Assembly: GCA_965246885.1 (NCBI GenBank)
Contig: OZ251992.1
Location: 1,952,001-2,016,000, forward strand
Length of the DNA stretch: 64,000 nt
Direction: 5' to 3'
DNA from: Abditibacterium sp.
Lineage (GTDB): Bacteria > Armatimonadota > Abditibacteriia > Abditibacteriales > Abditibacteriaceae
Part shown: piece after piece, positions 56,446 to 64,000 of the stretch
How positions within the stretch are numbered: position 1 is the first letter of the stretch
How the letters are laid out: each line of letters starts with the position of its first letter
Notes under the pieces: generated by a model
What the model was told of the DNA's origin: nothing
Databases searched by the model: none
What the model saw: the letters and a program-made list of their open reading frames with translations, nothing else
Made by a program: the position numbers and the translations under genes

Positions 56446-57789
56446 ATGGCCGAAAACTTCCTTCAAATCATCGAAAAGCGGCTCGGTTCGTCGGACTATT
56501 CCGGCGACCAGTTTGGCGGCGCGAGCGGCGCGACCGGGGGCGGGCTACCGTCCGCGTCGCCGCGCAACTTTCTCTTTGCAACCGGCATCGAGTGTTCGTA
56601 TCCCACCATTCAACAAGACGGAAAAACCGTCCGCCGCGACTTGTTAGAAGAGTGCGGACATTATAAACACTGGCGCCGCGACTTGGAATTAGTGCGCGAA
56701 TTGGGATTGCGGGTACTGCGCTACGGATTGCCCTACTACGCCATCCAAACCGGGCCGGACACGTATGATTGGAGCTTCGCCGACCAAGTGATGAACGAGA
56801 TGAAGCGGCTGGAGATAACGCCCATACTCGACCTGATGCACTTTGGCGTGCCGGATTTTATCGGCGACTATCAAAATACGGAACTGCCGCTTCATTTTGC
56901 CAACTTCTGCGAACAAGTGGCGCAGCGCTATCCTTGGGTGCGCTACTTTACTCCAGTAAACGAGATATACGTGACGGCGCGCTTTTCAGGGAAAGACGGG
57001 GTTTGGAATGAATCACTAAAAACAGACAAGGGTTTCGTCACGGCGCTCAAGCATTGCGTAGCAGCGAGTATCTTGGGGAATCACGCCATCGCGCGGCATC
57101 GGCCAGACTGTATCATCGTTCAATCGGAAAGCGCTGAGTATCTGCACGAAGCCCGCGCCGTTCCGACGCCGGAAGTAACCCTTCACAACAAGCTGCGCTT
57201 CTTGTCGCTGGATTTGTTGTATGCGCACGTGCCCGACGCCGACATTTGTTTATATATGATGGACAACGGCTTAGAGCGGGAGGAGTTCGCGTGGTTTATG
57301 AAAGGTGATCCGCCGGGTTATCAGGTGATGGGCAACGATTATTACGGGCGCAACGAGGGAATCCTAACGCCGAGCGGGATGATGCTGGAAGCCGAAGATG
57401 TGTTTGGCTGGTACTCCATCACGAGAGAATACTTCGATCGTTACAAGAAGCCGGTGATGCACACGGAAACGAATCACTTCGACCCGCAAGAAGCGCCGAA
57501 GTGGTTATGGAAACAGTGGCTCAATATCCTACGGATGCGCGCCGACGGTGTTCCTGTCTTGGGTTTCACATGGTACTCCCTCATTGATCAAGTGGATTGG
57601 GACAGTGGATTGGCAAAAAAGCTGGGTATAGTCAACAAGTGCGGTTTGTATGACCTCAAGCGCAAGTCGCGCCCCGTCGCGGCGGCGTACCGGGAACTGC
57701 TCCAAGAATTCGGGCAGATTACTGTCGTGCCACACGGAGAGATGTTCGAGATTACCGACGGCCCCGCCCGACTCAAAGTCGAAGTCTGA
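56446..57789 (+). CDS. Glycoside hydrolase family 1-like protein
   Basis: FATGIECS, HYKHWRRDL, TPVNEI (acid/base), HTETN (nucleophile) and WYSLIDQVDW. Confidence 0.85.
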   Translation: MAENFLQIIEKRLGSSDYSGDQFGGASGATGGGLPSASPRNFLFATGIECSYPTIQQDGKTVRRDLLEECGHYKHWRRDLELVRELGLRVLRYGLPYYAIQTGPDTYDWSFADQVMNEMKRLEITPILDLMHFGVPDFIGDYQNTELPLHFANFCEQVAQRYPWVRYFTPVNEIYVTARFSGKDGVWNESLKTDKGFVTALKHCVAASILGNHAIARHRPDCIIVQSESAEYLHEARAVPTPEVTLHNKLRFLSLDLLYAHVPDADICLYMMDNGLEREEFAWFMKGDPPGYQVMGNDYYGRNEGILTPSGMMLEAEDVFGWYSITREYFDRYKKPVMHTETNHFDPQEAPKWLWKQWLNILRMRADGVPVLGFTWYSLIDQVDWDSGLAKKLGIVNKCGLYDLKRKSRPVAAAYRELLQEFGQITVVPHGEMFEITDGPARLKVEV

Positions 57790-57816
57790 CGCGAGGAGAG
57801 GCGTCCGTCACGCAGT

Positions 57817-57942
57817 CGCCGCCCTCTGGGAGTAGCTGACAGACCCGCGCCATTCGGCGACAGACCCGCGCCATTCGGCGACAGGCCCGCGCCATTCGCC
57901 CGCCGACGTCTGGGAGTCACCGACAGACCTCTGGGAGTGAGT
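57817..57942. repeat. Intergenic 21-bp tandem repeat, 6 units of two subtypes
   Basis: GACAGACCCGCGCCATTCGGC-type units at 57838, 57859 and 57880, flanked in register by TCTGGGAGT-containing units at 57817, 57901 and 57922. Confidence 0.82.
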
Positions 57943-58048
57943 GGCGGGCGTCCGGGAAAAGCTGGTTTCCGTCTGCGCTTGGCGGAGCGTGGCCCAAGTG
58001 CGCTAAAATGGTGGCGTCGTATATTCCCACGAAAAGGAGGTTCAACCA

Positions 58049-58201
58049 ATGGAAGCCTACTGTGTAAAATGCAAGACCAAGCGCGAGATGAAAGACCCGA
58101 AGCAGATCGAGATGAAGAATGGCAAGCCCGCCGTTCAAGGCACTTGCCCCGAATGCGGCACCAAAATGACGAAAATCGGCGCCTCAATGCCCGCGAAATA
58201 A
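58049..58201 (+). CDS. DUF5679-like 50-aa basic zinc-ribbon protein
   Basis: Hand translation MEAYCVKCKTKREMKDPKQIEMKNGKPAVQGTCPECGTKMTKIGASMPAK; AAGGAGG RBS and downstream terminator; below the ORF-track size cutoff. Confidence 0.9.
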   Translation: MEAYCVKCKTKREMKDPKQIEMKNGKPAVQGTCPECGTKMTKIGASMPAK

Positions 58202-58221
58202 GCCGCGAAATGGACTGTTTT

Positions 58222-58253
58222 CCCGAACGAAGTAACGCTCGTTCGGGTTTTTT
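58222..58253 (+). terminator. Intrinsic terminator
   Basis: CCCGAACGA/TCGTTCGGG stem followed by T6. Confidence 0.8.
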
Positions 58254-58268
58254 GTTGGACTTAAGGCC

Positions 58269-59345
58269 ATGAAATATCGCGCTTTGCCGGGAACGGAGTT
58301 AACGCTATCGGAAGTGGGGTTCGGTGTGTGGACGCTGGCAACCGATTGGTGGGGGGCGCACACCGATGAGGAGGCCGTCGTCATGCTGCGCCGTGCCCGC
58401 GACTTGGGCGTCACCTTTTTCGACACCGCCGACACCTACGCCAACGGGCGCGGCGAAACCTTGTTGCGCGACGCCTTCGGTTCCAACCCAACGGATGTGG
58501 TGTATGCGACCAAGTTCGGCTACGACATCTACTTTACCGACCCCGAAACGCGGCGCGGTCAGCAAGAATTGCCGCATCGCTTCGACCGCGAGTTCGTGCG
58601 CTACGCTTGCGAGCAATCGCTTTCGCGCTTGGGCGTCGAGCAGATACCGCTTTGGCAAATTCACAACGCCCGCATGAACGGGGTGATGGAGGACGAGATT
58701 TGGGAGGTCTTGGACGAGCTAAAGCAGGAAGGCAAAATCGCGCACTACGGCGTCGCGCTTGGCCCCGCGAACGGCTGGATTCACGAAGGCATCGGCTTTT
58801 TACGCCATCGCCCGATTGACTCGATGCAGATAATCTACAACCTCTTCGAGCAGTGGCCGGGCAACGAGTTCTTTCCCGACGCGCGGGCGCAGGACGTGGG
58901 GCTATTAGTGCGTGTGCCGCACTCGTCGGGGATATTGGAAGGGCATTACACGGCAGAAACGGTCTTCGAGGCGAACGATCACCGCCGCCACCGCCCGCGC
59001 TCGTGGCTCCTCAACGGGATAGAAAAGCTCAAGGCGCTGGACTGGCTAACGGAAGGGCGACAGGCGACGATTGGTCAACAGGCGCTCAAGTTCATCCTCG
59101 CCGAAGCCCAAGTTACGACGGTGTTGCCGAACATTTACAACGTGGCGCAGTTGGAAGAGTTTGCGCGCGCGTCCGACTTGCCCGATTTGACGGACGACGA
59201 CTTGGCGCGCTTGGCGCGGCTGACAGAGGAGAACTTCGGCGTGCCAGAAGCGCGCATGAAGGTGAAAGGGGAAGGAGCGGAAGTGTTGGAAGCGTGGGAG
59301 CGGGAGCGCGCCGGGCGGGTCGAGCAAGCGGCGGCGAACCCGTAA
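58269..59345 (+). CDS. Aldo/keto reductase
   Basis: SEVGFGVW, FFDTADTYANG, YATKFG and EQSLSRLG. Confidence 0.92.
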   Translation: MKYRALPGTELTLSEVGFGVWTLATDWWGAHTDEEAVVMLRRARDLGVTFFDTADTYANGRGETLLRDAFGSNPTDVVYATKFGYDIYFTDPETRRGQQELPHRFDREFVRYACEQSLSRLGVEQIPLWQIHNARMNGVMEDEIWEVLDELKQEGKIAHYGVALGPANGWIHEGIGFLRHRPIDSMQIIYNLFEQWPGNEFFPDARAQDVGLLVRVPHSSGILEGHYTAETVFEANDHRRHRPRSWLLNGIEKLKALDWLTEGRQATIGQQALKFILAEAQVTTVLPNIYNVAQLEEFARASDLPDLTDDDLARLARLTEENFGVPEARMKVKGEGAEVLEAWERERAGRVEQAAANP

Positions 59346-59363
59346 TGCTTCCCGGCGTCCACC

Positions 59364-59870
59364 GTGCTTGTGAAAATCCCCTTTCGCAAACTCCCGGCGC
59401 CGCAGCGCACAGGGCACGTCGAGGAGCAGATAACCGAAGCGATGGCGCGCGGCGACTTCTCGAATCTCAAAGGGCGTGGCAAGCCGTTGCCCCCGATGCG
59501 CGACCTGTCGAAATTGGACGCGATGCGCGAAAAGTTGCGCGGTGATGCGGGCTACGGCGTGCCTTGGGAGGAAGTCGGGCGCGAAGTGGAAGTCTTGGCA
59601 CGTCGGGCTGAAGCGGAGTTGCGCCGCGCGTTGGAGTTCCGCGCGGCGGGGTTGGCCTCCTCTAAAGCTGACCGAGCCAAAATCGAGCGGGATTTCAGCG
59701 AGCACATGGCTCGCGTCGAGGATGCTATCCGCGCCGTAAACTCCGTTGTGCTTAAGCACAACTTGCTCCTGCCTCCGGCGCTTCCACACTTGTATCGGGC
59801 GCGGCTCACGCTGGAGATGCTGGTCGAACGCACCGCGCCCGACGCGCGCGCTCTGCTTTTTCCGGTCTAA
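59364..59870 (+). CDS. DUF1992 (DnaJ-associated) domain protein
   Basis: VEEQITEAMARGDFSNLKGRGKPL motif. Confidence 0.85.
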   Translation: MLVKIPFRKLPAPQRTGHVEEQITEAMARGDFSNLKGRGKPLPPMRDLSKLDAMREKLRGDAGYGVPWEEVGREVEVLARRAEAELRRALEFRAAGLASSKADRAKIERDFSEHMARVEDAIRAVNSVVLKHNLLLPPALPHLYRARLTLEMLVERTAPDARALLFPV

Positions 59871-59921
59871 GCGGCGAAAAACTTGCTTTACCCCCCGTCA
59901 GAAGCGATTAACTGAGAAGTC

Positions 59922-60341
59922 ATGGCGCCTTTACGGAAAATTTTGATGGTGGAGGACGACCCGGACATCCAAACCGTCGCTGCGATGGCTCTCGAAATGG
60001 TGGGCGGGTTCGAGGTCGCGGTGTGTCCAGGGGGCGCCGAAGCGCTCGCGCGCGTCGAGGGGTTCGCTCCTGACCTCATCCTGCTGGATGTGATGATGCC
60101 CGACCTTGATGGGCCAGCCGTGTTGCTGCGTTTGCGCGCGAATCCGGCGACGGCGCACTTTCCCGTCGTGTTTATGACCGCTAAAGCGCGCAACGAGGAA
60201 GTGTCGGCGTACTCGAATCTGGGCGCCTTGGCTGTTGTGACGAAGCCCTTCGACCCGATGACGCTGTCGCAGACTTTATCCGCTATTTGGGAACGCGCGC
60301 AAGGCGCGACCGAGGCCGCTTCTACCCTATCCGCGCCATGA
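59922..60341 (+). CDS. Single-domain response regulator
   Basis: MVEDD, LLDVMMPDLDG, FMTAK and TKPF. Confidence 0.93.
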   Translation: MAPLRKILMVEDDPDIQTVAAMALEMVGGFEVAVCPGGAEALARVEGFAPDLILLDVMMPDLDGPAVLLRLRANPATAHFPVVFMTAKARNEEVSAYSNLGALAVVTKPFDPMTLSQTLSAIWERAQGATEAASTLSAP

Positions 60342-61984
60342 ACAACTCCCTTTCCCCGGCTTTGCAAGACCAACTGCGCGTGTTGCGCGAAGGTTACGCC
60401 GCCAAGCTCCCCGATAAATTAGCGGGTATCGAAGCCCATTGGCACATCGTGCGCGACACGCCCCCGGACGAGTGGCCCGACGACGCCCTGGCCGCGCTTC
60501 ACCGCTCCGTCCACTCGCTCGTCGGGAGCGGCGCCACTTTTGGCTTTCCCGACTTGTCTTTCCACGCCCGCCGCGCCGAAGCCGAAATCAAGCCTCTCGT
60601 GGAAATGGGAGCCGCACCCGACGCCGCGCAAACGCAGCTAATTAACGCGGCTCTGCTCAATCTGCGCGCGTGCGCGATTAACCCCGTGCGCGAAACCGAG
60701 GTGGACTTGGTGGCTCCCAATCCCGCGCGCGGGGGCCGTAACCTCGTGTTGCTGTGCGATGATGGCGTCGCGCCCTCGTGGGCAGGTGCCATCGAGACGT
60801 TTGGCTACAACCTGCGCATCTGTTTGTCGGCGCGAGAGTTTTTGGATGCCCTCGACCCGCTTCCGGTGGGCCTCATCGTTAACTGCGAGGCGGCGCCCTT
60901 GGAAGCGCGCATCGGCGGCGTGCCGCTATCGTCTTTAATTGCCACTTCGGGAGCGGGGGACAGCTTTCCGCTTGTTTGGACGGCGCGCGGGGGCGACTTG
61001 CGCACGCGTTTACAGGCCGTTCGCATGGGCGGTGCCGCGTTCTTCCCGCATCCGGTGGACGTGGACTCGCTTCTTGTCAAGCTCGATGACCTGACCGACC
61101 CTCAGTCTCCCGAACCGTTCCGCGTGCTTATTGTCGATGACGAACCCTCGCTGGCGCGCTTGTTCAGTCTCGTTTTGCGCCAAGCCGGGATGCAGACCCG
61201 CGAAGTCACTGACCCGCTTGCGATGATGACGCCACTTGTGGATTTTCGGCCCGATCTCATCCTAATGGATGTGTATATGCCCTCGTGCAAGGGGACGGAA
61301 CTGGCGGCGGTCATTCGCCAGCAAGAAGCGTTCATCGGCATCCCCATTATTTTCCTGAGCGTGGAATCGGACGCGGGCAAGCAGCAAGAAGCGATGCGGC
61401 ACGGCGGCGACGACTTTCTGCTCAAGCCCGTTGAGCCGCGCAACCTTGTCGCCGCCGTTTCGACGCGCGCCACCCGGTCGCGCGTTCTGCGCCAGTTGAT
61501 GGTGCGCGACTCTCTGACGGGTCTGCTCAATCACACGCATTGGAAGGAACAGTTAGAAATCGAGGTTTCGCGCGCTTTGCGGCAAAAGCAAGACATCGCG
61601 CTCGCCATGCTCGACCTCGACTGCTTTAAAACCGTCAACGATACCTACGGCCACGCGACCGGCGACCGCGTACTGCGCTCCCTGTCGCGCTTGCTTGTGC
61701 AGCGCCTGCGCGCCACTGATGTCGTCGGACGCTACGGCGGCGAAGAGTTCGCGGTCATCATGACCGGTGCCAACGCCGTCGAAGCCGCCAAGCGTTTGGA
61801 CGAAGTCCGCGACGCTTTTTCCCATCTCGCGCACTTTGCCGATGGTCAAGAGTTCCGCGTCACCTTTTCCGCCGGAGTCGCCGGCGCGCCCCCGAACGGC
61901 GAAAGCGCGGGCCTATCCGACGCCGCCGACAAAGCCCTCTACTCCGCCAAACGCGCGGGGCGCAACCAAATTGTTTGTGCTTAA
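60338..61984 (+). CDS. Diguanylate cyclase: Hpt - degenerate REC - REC - GGDEF
   Basis: HSLVGSGATFG (Hpt), VLIVDD/LMDVYMP/LLKP (REC), RATD I-site and GRYGGEEF. Confidence 0.92.
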   Translation: MNNSLSPALQDQLRVLREGYAAKLPDKLAGIEAHWHIVRDTPPDEWPDDALAALHRSVHSLVGSGATFGFPDLSFHARRAEAEIKPLVEMGAAPDAAQTQLINAALLNLRACAINPVRETEVDLVAPNPARGGRNLVLLCDDGVAPSWAGAIETFGYNLRICLSAREFLDALDPLPVGLIVNCEAAPLEARIGGVPLSSLIATSGAGDSFPLVWTARGGDLRTRLQAVRMGGAAFFPHPVDVDSLLVKLDDLTDPQSPEPFRVLIVDDEPSLARLFSLVLRQAGMQTREVTDPLAMMTPLVDFRPDLILMDVYMPSCKGTELAAVIRQQEAFIGIPIIFLSVESDAGKQQEAMRHGGDDFLLKPVEPRNLVAAVSTRATRSRVLRQLMVRDSLTGLLNHTHWKEQLEIEVSRALRQKQDIALAMLDLDCFKTVNDTYGHATGDRVLRSLSRLLVQRLRATDVVGRYGGEEFAVIMTGANAVEAAKRLDEVRDAFSHLAHFADGQEFRVTFSAGVAGAPPNGESAGLSDAADKALYSAKRAGRNQIVCA

Positions 61985-62011
61985 GTTCGGCGCTGGGCAA
62001 ACTGTGCCGAC

Positions 62012-62665
62012 ATGAAAAAGCTCTACGCCGAAGCCTTCGGCACCTACGCGCTCGTCTTCGCGGGCACGGGCGCCATCGTCGTGAACGCGCAATCCGGCGG
62101 GCAGATAACGCACTTGGGCGTCGCGCTGACGTTCGGCTTGGTCGTAATGGCGATGATTTCCGCAATGGGGGACGTATCGGGCGCGCATTTTAACCCCGCC
62201 GTCACGCTTGGGTTTTGGCTCGCTCGTCGCTTTGACGCGCGTCTCGTGTGGCCCTATATCGCCGCGCAACTGCTGGGCGCCGTAGGCGCCAGTCTAACAC
62301 TGCGCGTCTTGTTTCCCCATTCTCTCACCCTTGGCGCCACGCTCCCAAGCGGGAGTGACACGCAGTCGTTCCTCCTCGAAACCCTGCTGACGTGCGGGCT
62401 GATGTTCGTGATTCTGGGCGTGTCAAGCGGCGCCAAAGAGAAGGGCATCACCGCCGCGCTCGCCATCGGCGCAACAGTCGCGCTGGAGGCCCTCTTCGCT
62501 GGCCCCATTTGCGGCGCTTCAATGAACCCGGCCCGCTCCCTCGCGCCCGCGCTCGTCTCGCTCCAATTCTCGGCGCTGTGGATTTATGTGTTGGCGCCCA
62601 TTCTCGGCGCTGCCTTTGCCGTTGGCGGTTGCCGCTTGGTGCGGGAGGAGGGGTGTTGCGGATAG
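62012..62665 (+). CDS. MIP family aquaporin/aquaglyceroporin
   Basis: SGAHFNPAVT and GASMNPARSL (two NPA boxes). Confidence 0.93.
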   Translation: MKKLYAEAFGTYALVFAGTGAIVVNAQSGGQITHLGVALTFGLVVMAMISAMGDVSGAHFNPAVTLGFWLARRFDARLVWPYIAAQLLGAVGASLTLRVLFPHSLTLGATLPSGSDTQSFLLETLLTCGLMFVILGVSSGAKEKGITAALAIGATVALEALFAGPICGASMNPARSLAPALVSLQFSALWIYVLAPILGAAFAVGGCRLVREEGCCG

Positions 62666-62929
62666 ATGAAACCCTCTTGGCGCTCGATTGCGGGTGTGTC
62701 GCTCGTTTCCGCCTTGGCGATAGCGCCGCTTCTGGTGCTCTCTTTGGCGCACCGCGCACCAATCATCCGGCGCCCCGCGCCGTCCGTCTCAACGTCAGTC
62801 TGGGCCGACATGCTTGCGGTGGGCGGCTTCTACTTCGCGGTCTCGTTCGGCGGCGTTTTTGTGGTAGTGGCCTTCTTCGTTTATTTGCGCGCGGCCTTGG
62901 ATAAGGTGGATTCGCCGTTTCCAAGTTAG
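62666..62929 (+). CDS. Small hypothetical 2-TM protein
   Basis: Starts immediately after the aquaporin stop; two hydrophobic segments. Confidence 0.55.
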   Translation: MKPSWRSIAGVSLVSALAIAPLLVLSLAHRAPIIRRPAPSVSTSVWADMLAVGGFYFAVSFGGVFVVVAFFVYLRAALDKVDSPFPS

Positions 62930-62947
62930 AGGGCAACAGAAAGTGTA

Positions 62948-62979
62948 AAGGGCGCCGCAACGGTCGTTGCGGCGCCCTT
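62948..62979. terminator. Hairpin terminator between convergent genes
   Basis: AAGGGCGCCGCAACG/CGTTGCGGCGCCCTT palindrome; weak U tract on the minus strand. Confidence 0.65.
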
Positions 62980-63000
62980 GGCGCAGGTGGTGGCAGTCGT

Positions 63001-63783
63001 TTACTTCTTGCCCATGAGGATGGCGCGCTCGTATTCGCGGTTCATTAGGGAGATGTTGACCATTCCGATTTCCTTGGGGCAGACGGCCTCGCACTCGCCC
63101 TCGTTGGAGCAGGAGCCGAAGCCCTCCTCGTCCATCTGGGCGACCATGCGCAGGGCACGCTCGGCGCGTTCGGGGTCGCCTTGGGGCAAGAGGCGTAGGT
63201 GTCCGATTTTGGCGCTGGTGAACAGGGCCGCGCTCGCGTTCTTGCACTGCGCGACGCACGCGCCACAACCGATGCAGGCGGCGGAGTCCATCGCGTCGTT
63301 CGCGGCTTCTTTGGGGATGGGGATGGCGTTGCCGTCGGGCGCTTGGCCAGTGTTGACGGACACGTAGCCGCCCGCCGCGATGATGCGGTCGAAGGCCGAG
63401 CGGTCAACGACCAAGTCCTTGATGACGGGAAAAGCCCGCGCGCGCCAAGGCTCGATGACGAGGGTGTCGCCGTCCTTGAAGGAGCGCATGTGGAGTTGGC
63501 AGGCAGTCGTGCCTTCGTCCGGCCCGTGCGCGACGCCGTTGATCATCACGCCGCACGAGCCGCAAATCCCCTCGCGGCAGTCGTGCTCAAAGGCGATGGG
63601 TTCTCCCCCGGCATGGATGATGTCCTCGTTGACGACATCGAGCATTTCCAAGAACGACATATCGGGCGACACGTCGCGGGCCTCGTAGGTCGTCATGGCG
63701 CCCTTAGCCTTGCCGTTCTTTTGGCGCCACACGAGGAGCTTGAGGGTCATCAGCTTTTTCGAGGCGGTGTTGGTGTTGGTCAT
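63001..63783 (-). CDS. sdhB: Succinate dehydrogenase/fumarate reductase iron-sulfur subunit
   Basis: [21 protein letters not shown] and [12 protein letters not shown]. Confidence 0.95.
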   Translation of the reverse strand: MTNTNTASKKLMTLKLLVWRQKNGKAKGAMTTYEARDVSPDMSFLEMLDVVNEDIIHAGGEPIAFEHDCREGICGSCGVMINGVAHGPDEGTTACQLHMRSFKDGDTLVIEPWRARAFPVIKDLVVDRSAFDRIIAAGGYVSVNTGQAPDGNAIPIPKEAANDAMDSAACIGCGACVAQCKNASAALFTSAKIGHLRLLPQGDPERAERALRMVAQMDEEGFGSCSNEGECEAVCPKEIGMVNISLMNREYERAILMGKK

Positions 63784-63798
63784 GGTGGTGTTCTCCAG

Positions 63799-64000
63799 TT
63801 ACTTGTAGGAGCGCTGCGAGGGGTGGACTTCCTCGAATTCGAGCGGTTCTTTGTGGAGCGGGGGCATCTTGCCGTCGTTCCACTCCCACGCGGCGACGTA
63901 GGCGAAGTTGAGGTCGTCGCGCGCGGCTTCGCCTTCGGGCGTCTGGTATTCCTCGCGGAAGTGGCCGCCGCACGACTCCTCGCGGTGGAGCGCGTCGAGG
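63799..64000 (-). CDS. sdhA: Succinate dehydrogenase/fumarate reductase flavoprotein subunit (C-terminal fragment)
   Basis: Hand translation ...[28 protein letters not shown]...[18 protein letters not shown], directly upstream of sdhB. Confidence 0.92.
   Translation of the reverse strand, partial: LDALHREESCGGHFREEYQTPEGEAARDDLNFAYVAAWEWNDGKMPPLHKEPLEFEEVHPSQRSYK

Overview
GC-rich bacterial chromosomal segment made mostly of housekeeping genes. Gene content (prepilin/H-X9-DG protein, GntR-LacI-type regulator, homodimeric glyQS) is consistent with an Abditibacteriota/Armatimonadota-like organism; this assignment is inference. About 63 CDSs can be supported. They include pilT, a lipid-linked glycosylation cluster, a minus-strand run of a divergent sigma54-like gene, peptidase, def, fmt, rsmB and lepB, then ruvB, a stand-alone tyrosine recombinase followed by a toxin-antitoxin-like nucleotidyltransferase pair, oppD/F-like ATPases, era, glyQS, ppc, moaC, fumC, murJ, DUF485/actP split by a prepilin-like gene, a PAP2-ArnT fusion, serC, tandem AAA ATPases, an Hpt-REC-GGDEF module, an aquaporin and sdhAB. 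I saw no rRNA, tRNA or CRISPR array. The most notable items are: (1) a probable ~205-nt structured ncRNA at 45688-45895 (-) with a near-consensus sigma70 promoter, an intrinsic terminator, a 14-nt 16S-complementary 'super-SD' and an internal anti-SD, in a window where many genes look leaderless; (2) a divergent sigma54-like factor with altered DNA-recognition motifs; (3) seven REP-like palindromes, one inserted in frame inside a glycosyltransferase; (4) four unrelated intergenic arrays that all have a 21-bp period; (5) a 50-aa zinc-ribbon gene missed by the ORF track. All family assignments come from motif recognition by eye, not from database searches.
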